Shown here: positions 23,465 through 34,715 of the stretch, piece by piece
Layout: each line of letters starts with the position of its first letter
Numbering within the stretch: the stretch's first letter is position 1
Assembly: GCF_036365525.1 (NCBI RefSeq)
Contig: NC_090372.1
Span: forward strand, 109,160,380 to 109,224,379
Direction of reading: 5' to 3'
Source: Heterodontus francisci
Lineage: Eukaryota
Length of the DNA stretch: 64,000 nucleotides
Notes under the pieces: generated by a model
What the model saw: the letters and a program-made list of their open reading frames with translations, nothing else
What the model was told of the DNA's origin: nothing
Databases searched by the model: none
Made by a program: the position numbers and the translations under genes

Positions 23465-23668
23465 GATTTAAACTGCGGAAACGGCAAATTGTCAATGAGC
23501 CAACTGGTGGAACTGGGAATTGTCCACACTTGATTGAAGCTATCCCTTGTGATGATCCATCATGCTACAGTAGGCAGGTTGTGAGACTGGGAGAATGTTC
23601 ACCTGACAATGGCAGTGAATGTGGACCAGGCATCCAAACACCAGAAGTTCAATGTGTCAACAGCAATA
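23465..23668 (+). CDS. THSD7A: THSD7A internal coding exon (204 nt)
   Basis: Acceptor ttctttcctgtag|, donor |gtaagt. Translates as (G)FKLRKRQIVNEPTGGTGNCPHLIEAIPCDDPSCYSRQVVRLGECSPDNGSECGPGIQTPEVQCVNSN. This exon is absent from the ORF track. Confidence 0.93.
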
Positions 23669-24009
23669 GTAAGTGACTATTTTAATATTTATTAGAAATG
23701 GATATCTGAGGGCTGTGTTTTCTCTTGTATGTTGAAACACAATTTTTTCATACAATGAGAATAGTACATGGTGAACTGGGTTTCTGTTTGATTGCTGTTT
23801 CCAGTGCTATATGAGAAAATTTTCAGGATGTTTTAACTCAGTGATTAAAGTCTCCTTTAGTTTCAGTTTTTTTTAGCAAAATGATTCAGTTCAAATTGTT
23901 ATTTAAACATCTACAATGCATTAGCATCCACGTGATGAGATCTTTGATATTGATGCTTACCATTAACACCTGATTTCACTATTTACAGTTCTCTGACCCT
24001 AGATTATGT

Positions 24010-24200
24010 TAAGTGCAGGTTAGGCACAAGCCTTTAGCCTCTGGGACTTAGCTTCAAATGATGGGATGAATGACTCCCGTCTTCTGTCTTTACACATGTG
24101 AATGAAGTTTGGGTAGTCTCAGATCAGTTCCCAGTGGGAGTGGGCTCACTGATTAGAATAGTTCATAATTCTGCACTAATGGCAGTAAACTGGCAATTTT
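24010..24200 (+). mobile_element. LF-SINE-like ancient SINE relic
   Basis: atgtgaatgaagtttgggtagtctcagatcagttcccagtggg resembles the LF-SINE core as I recall it. It is preceded by a degenerate tRNA-like head (gcctttagcctctgggacttagcttcaaat) and followed by gcactaat-ggca. Confidence 0.55.
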
Positions 24201-24500
24201 ATGCAGAACAGACACAGAACGATTTGTGTAGAAAATTGATAGATACTACACAGTACAGTGGTGGTACTGCTTTGAGGTTGGTGTTGAGGTATGTTGTTGG
24301 GACAAATCAGTGTGCTTTAGCCTGTGGCTAATCATGTCATAACTGACCTAGCATTGCAAAATACTGGCCCGAAATTCTAAGCACAAAATTTAAAGCGAAT
24401 CAGAAATTGTCTTTGTATATCTGGTCTGTCATCTTACTGATCACAGTGCAGGCCACTTCCTCAAGCAATTAAACTACCAGTGGCCAAAAAATATGCCCAC

Positions 24501-24826
24501 TAAAGCCTGGCTACCTGACAAGACCTGACTATATGTGTCAGGTTTGGGTCGGTTCGGGTCTATGTTCCGAATCCAGCATTCGGGCTCGGGTCGGGTTGGG
24601 CTGGACAGTGCTGCTTCCGGGAAGTCATGGGATCAGGCTCACCCATAATTCCCCACAATTCCATCGACAGGAATAGCCTGCTGCTGGAACGGATGAATGA
24701 TATTCATGTCTGGCTGGGTCGGGCGTGAAAAAAATCTAAGGGACTCAGGCCAGGGTTGGGTTCAGGTTGGCTGTGGTCGGGTTGGGCCCGGGTTGGGTTT
24801 TAATTTTATATCCGAGCCAGGCTTTA
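24501..24826. mobile_element. hAT MITE (326 bp) with 12-bp TIR and (CGGGT/TGGGT)n subterminal repeats
   Basis: Perfect TIR taaagcctggct / agccaggcttta. TSD atgcccac (24493-24500) vs atgcctac (24827-24834). Confidence 0.88.
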
Positions 24827-24834
24827 ATGCCTAC

Positions 24835-27800
24835 CATCAATTTGTTCAGAACTTTCCCATTATCGCATACCACAAGTGCAGCACAAGAAACCCTAGTAAA
24901 ACTGAAGTCAGTGGAGATCAGGGTAAAATCTCCAGTGGCTGGAGTCATACCTGACACAAAGAAAGATAGTTGTGGATGTTGGAGGCCAAACATTGACAGA
25001 CCCAGGACATATTGCAGCATTTGCAGCCCAACCATCTTCAGAGGTTTCGTCAATGACCTTCCTCCATCATAAGGTCAGAACTGGGGCTGCTCACTGATGG
25101 TTGCACTGTGTTCAGTTCCATTTTCAATTCCTCAGATAATGAAGCAGTTCATGCCTGCATACAGCAAAACCTGGACAACATTAAGCTTGGGCTGATGTGG
25201 CAAGTAACATTCGCATCACGCAAGTGCCAGGGAATGACCATGTCCAATCAGTGAGAGGATAACCTTGACATTCAATCACATTACTGTCACCTATACCCCC
25301 ATCATCAACATCCTGGGAGGTCACCATTGACCAGAAACTCAAATGGATCAGCCACATAAATGATGTGGCTACTGGAGCAGATCAGAAGCTGGGTATTCTG
25401 TGGCAAATGACTCACCTTCCTGATTCCTCATCATCTACAAAGAAAGACTTGCATTTTATATAGCACCTTTTACAACCTCAGTATGTTCCAAAGTGTTTCA
25501 TTGCCAATGAAGTACTTTTGAAGTGCAGTAACTGTTGCAAAGCATAAGTCAGGAATGTGGTAGCCATTTGCCTAGACGGATGCAGCTGCAACAACACTTC
25601 AGAAGCTTGTCACCATCCTAGACAAAGCTGTGTACTTGATCAACATTTCATCCACTAACCTAAACATTGACTCCCTCCATCACTGGCAACCCTTTGTTGT
25701 AGTGAGTATCAGCTAAAGGATACAGTGCAGCAATTTACCAAAGCTTCTTTAGCAGCACTTCCAAAACCCACAACCTTCACCACCTAGAAATACAAGTGTA
25801 GCAGGGGTAGCGGGAGCACCATCACCTCCAAGTTCCCCTCCAAGTCACATATCAATCTGATTTGGATTTATATCACTGTTCCTCCATTGCCACTCGGTAA
25901 AAATTCTGAAACCACAGCTAATTACCAACTGCTGCTCTCCTTGAGCTGATGAATCAGTACTCCACCATTTGGAAGAAGCATTGAGGGTAACTAGGACACA
26001 GAATGTACTCTGAGTGGGGGACTTCAATGCCCATCACCAAGAGTGGCTCGGTAGCACCACTACTGACTGAGCCGGCCGAGTCCTGAAGGACATAGCTGTC
26101 AGACTGGGCCTGCAGCAGGTGGTGAGGGAACCAATACGCGGAAAAAGCCGACTTCACCTCATCCTCTCCAAATGACCTGCCGTTGATACATCTATCCATG
26201 ATAGTAGTGAATGGAGTGACCACTGCACAATCGCTGAGGAGACAAAATCCTGCGTTCACAATGGGGCACCCGTCATTGTGTTGTGTGGCACTACCACTGT
26301 GTTAAATGGGATAGATTCAGAAGAGATCCAGCTCAAAACTGGGCATCCATAAGATGCTGTGGGCCATTAGCAGCATAAGATCTATATTCCACCAGAATCT
26401 GTAACCTCATGGCCTGGCATATCCTTCACTGTACCATTACTTTCAAGCCAGGGGATAAGCCCTGGTTCAATGAGGAGTGTAGGATGGCACGTCAGGAGCC
26501 ATATATAAAAATGAAGTGCCAACCTGGTGAAACTACAGAACAGGACTACAGCATGCTAAATAGTGGAAGCAGAATGTGATAGACAGAGTTAAGCAATCTT
26601 ATAACCAAGGAATCAGATCAAAGCTCTGCAGTCCTGCCACATCCAGTCATGAATGCTGGTGGACAATTAAACAATTAATGGGTGAAAGAGGCTCCATGAA
26701 TTTCCCCATCCTCAATGATGGTGGAGCCCAGCATGTGATTGCAAAAGAGAAGGCTGAAACGTTGGCAACCATTTTCAGCCAGAAGTGCTGAGTGGATAAT
26801 TCATCTCGGCCTCCTCCTGAGGTCCCCAGCATCACAGATGACAGTTTTCAATTCAATCCTATCAAGAAATGGCTGAATGCACTGAATTCAGAAAAAACTA
26901 TGGTCCTTACATGATCCATGAAGAATTGTGCTCCAGAACTAGCTGTGGCTCTGGTCAAGTTGTTCCAGTGCAGCTACAACAAGGACATCTACCTGACAAT
27001 ATGGAAAATTGCCCAGGTAAATCCTGTCCACAAAAAGCAGAACTAATCCAATCTAGCCAATCTGCCCCATCAGTCTACTCACTGTCATCAGCAAAGTGAA
27101 TTGAAGCTGTCATCGACAGTGCTGTCAAAAGGCACTTACTCACCAGTAACTTCCTCACCGATCCTCAGTTTGGGTTCCGTCAGGACCACTTGGCTCCAGA
27201 TCTTATTACAGCCTTGTCCAAACTTGAACAAGTGAGGTGAGAGTGACTGCTGTTGACATCAAGGCAGCGTTTGACTAAGTGTGGTATCAAGCAGCCCTAG
27301 TAAAATTGGAGTCAATGCGAATCAGGGAAAACTCTCCACTGACTGGAGTCATACCTAACACAAAGGAAGATGGTTGTGGTCATTGGAGACCTATCATCTC
27401 AGCCCCAGGACATTGCTGCAGGTGTACCTCAGGACAGTGTTCCGGATCCAACCACCTTCAGCTGCTTTATCAGTGACCTTCCCTCCATCATAAGGTCAGA
27501 TGTGGGGATGTTCGCTGATGATTGCGATGTTCAGTTCCACTCACAACTCCTCAGATACTGAAGCAGTCCGCGCCCGCATGCAGCAAGTCCTGGTCACCAT
27601 TCAGGCTTGGGCTAATAAGTGACAAGTAACATTCGTGCCACATACGTGCCAAACAATGACCATCTCCAACAAGAGAGAGTTTAACCACCTCCCCTTGACA
27701 TTCAATAGCATTACCATTGCTGAATGCCACACTATCAATATCCATTGACCAGAAACTTAGAACTGGACCAGCCACATACATACTGTGGCTACAAGAGCAG

Positions 27801-28806
27801 GTCAGAAGCTGGGTAGGCTGCAGTGAGTAAGACAGTTCCTGACTCCCCAAAGCTTTTTCACGATCTACAGGGTACAAATGAGGAGTGTGATGGAATGCTC
27901 CCTACTTGCCTGCACAAGTGCAGCTCCAGCCACACTCAAGAAGCTTTACACCATCCAGGACAAACCAATAGTTTGATCGGAATCCCATCCACCATTTCAA
28001 ACATTCACTCTCTTCACTGCCAGTGCACCCTAGCTACAAGATGCACTGTAACAACTCACCAAGCCTTCTTTGACAGCAGCTTTCAAACTCGCAACCTCTA
28101 CTGCCTAGTAGAAAAAAGGCAGCAGGTGCATGGGAACCTGCTATTTCCTCTCCAAGTCATCCACCACCCTGACTTAGAAATATATCGGTGTCAGCTGTGG
28201 CTCAGCAGGTAACATCCTTACATCTGAGTCACAAGGTTCCAGGTTTAAGTTTCACTCTAGGACTTGAACACAAAACTCGAGCTGCACAGTTGGGAGGTAC
28301 TGTCTTTCAGATGAGATGTTACACTGAGGCCCCATCTACCTGCGTGGGTGGATGAAAATGATCCTGTGGCACTATTATGAAGAAAATCAGGGAGTTATCC
28401 CTGGCATCCTGGCTAAAATGTATCCCTCAATCAACATCACAAAACTGGTCATTATCACATTGCTGTTTGTGGGTGTCTGTTCTGTGCAAGTTGGCTGCTG
28501 CGTTTTCTACATTACAGCAGTGACTACACTTCAAAAATACTTCATTGACGGGAAAGCACTTTGAGATGTCTAGTGGTCATGAAAAGTGCTATATAAATGC
28601 AAGTCTGTCTTTCTTTTACTTCATCGTCGCTGGGTCAAAATCCTGGAACTCCCTCCTGATCAGCACTGTGGGTGTAGTTACAACACACAGACTGCAGCGG
28701 TTCGAGAAAACAGCTCACTATCACTTTCTCAAGAGAAATTAGGCCATGGATAATGAATGCTAGCCTTTCCAGTGATGCTGACATCCCGTGAACGAATTAA
28801 AAAAGG
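24835..28806 (+). mobile_element. Two tandem decayed CR1-group LINE copies (24835-25910 and 25915-28806), the second interrupted by a SINE
   Basis: Endonuclease motif GDFNAHHQEWL (~26015), RT FISDLPSIIRSDVGMFADD, and a 3' tail at 28740-28806. Confidence 0.85.
28190..28615 (+). mobile_element. Deu-domain SINE (SacSINE1/AmnSINE-like), full length
   Basis: tRNA-like head gtggctcagcaggt...ggtttaagt, Deu core tctttcagatgagatgttacactgaggcccc...tcctggctaaaatgtatccctcaatcaac, and an L2-type tail gtgctatataaatgcaagtc. Confidence 0.85.
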
Positions 28807-28954
28807 AAAGCGATCCATTCTCCAGCACTGACATCCCTCAATTTGATGAGTATAAATACTAAGGGTTGGATTTCCTCGTAATGGTTGGGCAGCAGCAAGG
28901 CAGTGACTTCTGTGCCCCATCAACTGCACTGTAGCCCACATCCATTTTGCTGGG

Positions 28955-29239
28955 TGTAATGTAGTGTAGTGGTGATTTTGCCTTTAAGAAACTGTACCTT
29001 TAAGAGACCAGGCTACTGATGCAACTGATGACATCATCGGACATATATAAAAAGGGGACACCAGTTTGAAGGGCACATTCAACACATGGCTTACACATAC
29101 ACCAATAAGGAAAAGACCTGGACCTGAGATCATGCAATGTAGATAAGTAAGACAATAAATAGTGTTTGCATTGAATCTAAATGTAAAGTCTGTGGTTATC
29201 ATTTCGTGAAGACTTAAGAAAACACAGCACAACACTATA
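28955..29239 (+). mobile_element. Solo LTR (285 bp) with 5-bp TSD
   Basis: TSD ctggg at 28950-28954 and 29240-29244. Inverted termini tgtaatgt/acactata, with internal TATA (atatataaaa) and aataaa. Confidence 0.75.
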
Positions 29240-29589
29240 CTGGGTTGTAGACTGCGATAGAGTCCAGGCAGATCCTGGCAGGAGCCACTGCCACAAAGCA
29301 GGAAAATCTAAGTGGAGAGGAGGAATCCATTAGGTCCACTTCCTCCATATTTGGTCTTAAGCTATTACTGCCTACCACCAGGCGGTTCTGGGAAATGGGC
29401 AGCAGTACAAGGAGCCACTAGGAGGAAAATGATTCAGGAAGACAGACCTTGTAGCAGACAGGGACGAGACAGCTAATGGCAGCCCCTGCGAACGCTGTGG
29501 GAAGAAAAAAGTGAAATAACATGCAGATTTCTGAAGGTAAATGTTAAAACAATTCAAAAGGATTTTGAGATAAAAACAAAAATATTTTG

Positions 29590-30427
29590 CATCCTGCCAC
29601 ATGCAGTCATGAATGGTGGTGGACAATTAAACAACTAACAGGAGGAGACTCCACAAATATCCCCCTCCTTAATGATGGGGGAGACCAGCACATCAGTGCA
29701 AATGACAAGGCTGAAGCATTTGTAACCGTCTTCAGCCAGAAGTGCTGAGTGGATGATTCATCTCGGCCTCCTCTTGAGGTGCGCAGCATCACAGATGCCA
29801 GTCTTCAGCCAATTCGATTCATTCCACTTGATATCAAGAAACAGCTGAAGTACTGGATACTGCAAAGGGTATGGGCCCTGACAACATTCCAGCAATGGTA
29901 CTGAAAACATATTCCAGAACTTGCTGCACCCCTAACCAAGCTGTTCCAGTACAGCTACAACACTGGCACCTACCCAACAATGTGGAAAGTTGCCCAGTTA
30001 TGTCCTGTACACAAAAACAGGACAAATCCAACCCGGCCAATTACTGCCTCATCGGTCTACTCTCGGTCATCAGCAAAGTGATGGAAGGTGTCATGGACAG
30101 TGCTATCAAGCTGCACTTACTCAGCAATAACCTGCTCACCAACGCTCAGTTTCAGTTCCACCAGGGCCACTCAGCTCCTGACCTCATTACAGCTTTGGCC
30201 CAAACATGGACAAAAGTGCTGAACTTGAGAGGTGAGGTGAGACTGAATGCCTTTGACATCAAGGCAGCATTTGACCAAGCGTGGAACCAAGCAGCCCTAG
30301 CAAAACTGGAGTCAATGGGAATTGGGAGAGGAAAACTCTCCATTCGCGGCTCCTGAGATACTGAAGCAGTCCGTGTCCATGTGCAGCAAGAACTGGACAA
30401 CATTCAGGCTTGGGCTGATAAATGGCT
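29590..30427 (+). mobile_element. CR1-group LINE ORF2 fragment
   Basis: MGPDNIPAMVLK...NPANYCLIGLLSVISKVMEG...AFDIKAAFD. Confidence 0.88.
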
Positions 30428-30565
30428 GCCACGAGGCCTTGCCACCGCCGGTATTATGGGGTGGGCCCTTCCCAGTGTCGAGACTTATGACGGGCCTCTC
30501 CCGGAGGTATTTTCCGGCCCCCCCGCCACAACCTCCGACATTGGGGGGCTGGTAAAATCCAGCCC
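30428..30565. mobile_element. Harbinger MITE terminal fragment fused to the LINE
   Basis: Abrupt GC-rich switch ending in the TIR gtaaaatccagccc. Confidence 0.7.
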
Positions 30566-31397
30566 AAATGCATATAACCTTTGAGGAAAAACAAAATTGC
30601 AGGCAATTGCATAGTTGAACCTGGAAAAACACACATAAATTTAAAATTTATGGTTAGCCAAAAGGGTTGCCTAGCTACCTTCTATAGGACTAAGACCAAC
30701 TGTTGTATCCTTGTGAAACTGGATGGGGTGGGTGGAGGACTGCTGCTGGAAAGCTGCTACCATAGGATAACAAACCATAGGATAACAAACTATAGCATCA
30801 GTGAAGAACTGCAATGAAACTCCAGTGAAAAGGGCTAAATACAAAAGATTGAGTTCTTCACAGTTTTGCTCCATGATTTAGAGACTCCAATATGCAATAA
30901 CAGGCCAATATAATTGTTTAAATATGAGTGTTCAAAGATTTTAATTGAAATGAAAACAGTATGCAGAGATTGTGTGTAGATACAGCTGCTCCTCATTGGA
31001 GTTATTTATACAAAGTGTCATGTTGATTAGTTGATCATCTTTTATAGCAAAATAGGCAAATTTTGTCATGCAGTAACATACTTTGACTTACTTACTAACT
31101 GACTATTGAAATTATAACTTAATGATAAATGAATTGTAGGACGAAATTGTGAAAGAGCACCCCATATTCCAGGTAATTATAAGGTAAATTGGTTTTGTTT
31201 TTAACAAGCCCTTCCCTGTAGTAAATGTGTAAAATTGAATGTAATTCTCCTTTCCCATGAAGCTCACATTTCCATATCCAACAGGGAGTCACTCAACTGA
31301 AATCAGTCAAGTAGCTTCATAGGGAATAACACAAATTAGCATCATTTTGTATCCTTGACATTGATGGTGGCACAGATGGGAAACTTTAACACTGTTA

Positions 31398-31783
31398 AAT
31401 AATGCTTCAAATTTAAAATTCTCATCTTTGCATTCAAATCCCTCCTTGGTTTTTCCCCTCTCAATCTATGTAATCTCCAAGAACTTTGTGTTTTTTCCAA
31501 TTCTTGCCACTTGTGCATACCTGACTTCTTTTGTCCTTCCATGGGAGGCTGTGCCGTCAGCTGTATAGGCCCTAAACTCTGAAATTTCCTCACTAGATAT
31601 TTCCATCTTGCTGCATCTCTCTCCTCCTAAGACGCTCCTTAAAGCCTACCTCTTTGACTAAGCTTTTGGTCACCTGCTGTAGTTTCTCCTTTTGCCACTC
31701 AATATCATGTTTAGTCTGATAATGCTCCTATGAAGCACCTTGAGATGTTAAACGTGCTATACAAATGCAAGTTGTTGGTGTTG
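31398..31783 (+). mobile_element. L2 LINE 3' end
   Basis: tttaaaattctcatc...ctccttaaagcctacctctttgactaagctttt...gtgctatacaaatgcaagttgttg. Confidence 0.75.
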
Positions 31784-31829
31784 TATTTCTCTACAATACC
31801 ATGTTATGTGTTGAATTTGCACGCTTGAC

Positions 31830-32755
31830 TCTGTGGTAACACTTTAATCTTAATATCTTAAAATCATGGATTCAAGCCCCACTCTTGAAATTTAAGTGCA
31901 CAACCTAGGCTGATATGTTTGGGCAGAAATCAGGATGCATTTCACCCATTATTTTGATATAAAACAAGCACAATATATACCAATTTCTGGGCATGTGATC
32001 TGCACCTGTGAAATGACCACTATCCTGTTTCCCCTCAAGGGTCTTTACTGTTCTTGGTGGCCACCTGAAAGCAGCATTGGATCAATTTGAATATGCATAA
32101 TAGAATCCTGTGCCTGTTTCAAGCGCTTTCTACAAAAAACATTTGGAGCATTTGACTAGTTTATTCACTTTCTCACCACAGCCTGATCAGAAGTCCTCTC
32201 AGCTCCACAACACTGCTGACCCATGCTCAGTCTACTCCCTTGTATTTTCCTCTGATCCCCCGACCAGGAGTTACCCGGGATCTGCTGCTGGTGAGGCAGC
32301 AGACCCAAATTCTATGCCCAAGTTGGGCAAACTGCCTCTGAAAGTATACCTGTCAGAAGTTGCCTATCTTGGATCAAAAAATGAGCCTAAATGAGGTTCC
32401 ACTCCTTCAGTTCAGTACTGAATGAGTGCTGCAGTGGTAGAGCTACCATCTTGCAGATAAGATGTTAAACTGAGGCCCTGGATGTAAAAAAAAAATCCGA
32501 TGGCACTCTTTGAAGAATAGTTTTCCCAGTATCCTGGCCAACATTTAGACCACAATCAACATGACTAAAACGGAATGTATGGTCATTTATTTCATTGCTG
32601 TGTGTGGGACATGGTTCTGTACATATTAGTTTTCACCTTTGCCTGCATTGCAACATTTCTACACTTCAAAAACATTTGATTTACTGTGAAGAATTTTGGA
32701 ACCTCCAGAAGGAATGAAACTTACCGTATGAATGCAGGTTCTTTCATTCTTATTA
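31830..32755 (+). mobile_element. Deu-domain SINE interrupted by a ~480-bp Harbinger-like insertion (~31918-32400)
   Basis: The head (ggattcaagccccactc...ctaggctga) resumes at actcc...cagtactga...gatgttaaactgaggccc. The insert begins gggcagaaat. Confidence 0.7.
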
Positions 32756-34715
32756 TTAGTAAATGGTTCTGTTTATACAGCAGTGCTCTGCCCATTTGAA
32801 CCCTGGTGTACTTTCAGTTCCAGTGTGACATCTGATATAAACCCATCATATTGTGGTGTTGGTGCACTGAAAATGAAGATCTGAGTCTATTAAATGTTCC
32901 AAAGTAACAATAAGAACCTACATTTGTAAAAGACCTTTCATGTAAAGGTGTTTCAAGATACTTCATAATGATAAATAGGTAGAGGAATGGGCATCAAGAC
33001 CTGGAGGGAGATAGGTGGGATGATCAAAATCTCGGTCAGAGAGATAAGCTTTTTAAGGTTGAAAGGGAAGTGAAGAGATGCAGGGCTGGGGGAAGTAGTT
33101 TTAGTGAGTAGGACCAAGGCAGCTAAGGGCTCCACCATCAAAGGAACCAAGAATTCCAATCTGACAGCATAATCCCACAAGTGATCAAGCCATCCAGATT
33201 CTAATGTCCAAAAAGTACAGGGGTTAAATCTTGGCTTCATGCAAAAGTGTAAAATGGGTGATAGTCATCAACCTGCTTTACATCGAGATATCACTCAATT
33301 TACCGATCATACAAAGTTATGATTTACTGCCAGTAATGCAAGTGCTGCAGGTCCAAATTGTGTCCATTAGAAGATTGATTAATAGTGTTCAAACCCTTGA
33401 GATAAAAGAACATCTGCACCCAGAACCTCAACAAAGCTCCTTTAACAGCAAGTGGCGGATTGCGTGCAAGAGCTTTTCGTTTTTGTTGGCTTTTTTTGCT
33501 ATTTGTCTTGATCACCTCTTGGAAGTGGATTAGCCTTACTAACAATAGGTTTTTGAATTTTAAGGAAGTGACCATTAAAAGGCTTTAAGACAATTTATCA
33601 GAGCGATTTGGTTATAAATAAATCAAAGCATTCAAGTGCACTTTTATGGGACTATAATGAGAAGAAATTAAATTTCATGTCAATGGTGTTTCCTCTGCAT
33701 TTCATACAGCAACATTGTTAGGTTTAATGGCTGGGTTAGGTTGTGTTGAACTATAATGTGCCATGCTTTATTTGTTCAATAACTAAGATCCAGTATTGTA
33801 TTTGAGATGGTATCCTCCGTAGTTGTATTATTCATTGATATTAAATTTGCTTTAGCAAAATGGAAAAAATTATAGCAGCTTATTTCTCAATCCAAACAGT
33901 GATTAATGTTATCTGGTTTTTCCCTCTATTATAGTCTATAGTTATAAGTTACTGACAAATCAATTAAGAAGTGGAATGTAGAAACCAGTCCTCACTTAAG
34001 ATGACAGGACCAAACCCAAGTAGGTGACATATCCTGCAGGAATAAAATTTCCAATTTGTATTTTTAAAATGATTTGCATAGATCCAGAATATGGAAAATG
34101 TAAATACATTCAAAGTGCACATAGTTGTGATTGGGGTGCCAATAAGACTACACAAATTTATAAAAACAATCTCAGTAAAATGATTGTCAATGAAATAATT
34201 TAAGAGTGATCAATGAGTAAAATATTAACATTGGAAAGATTTACACCTCTTTTCAGTTTATTCAGGCAGGTTCATGGCTCTGAATCTTACAGCTTACTGT
34301 GACACAGGTTAAATGATCCCTGCATGGTTGCTGTGTATAGTTAAATGTGTTGATATTCTAATGTGATTGTGACTCCATTAGGATGCTTGCTAGGGAACCA
34401 TTAGTTACAAAAGAATATCGTGCACTAATTTCTAGAAGAAAAAAAATAATGAACCAAAGATGCTTTGAGAGGCACTTTTCTTTATTAAAAAAAAATCACA
34501 ACATAAAACTCTCCCTTAAACTTTAAATGCATCCAAAAGAGTTGAAGAATTAAATATATGTTTGCATAATTCTGTAACTGTTTCTAATAAGTGCTGATAA
34601 AAGGAAATGCATGGGGTAACTTTTCACCACTTACCATGGAATAGGTGCCAGTGTTGAAAAAAGGGGCACTCTTCCAATTTGAGTACCCACTGCACCACCA
34701 AACATCCTAAGTCAG

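Noticed and set aside
29380-29545. Possible further THSD7A exon (ANGSPCERCG..., followed by ag|gtaaat)
   Set aside because: There are stops in the candidate frames and no match to the expected next THSD7A peptide or TSR Trp/Cys pattern.
30771-30800. 15-bp tandem duplication cataggataacaaac x2 (similar small duplications at ~42140 and ~55040-55100)
   Set aside because: These are ordinary slippage duplications.
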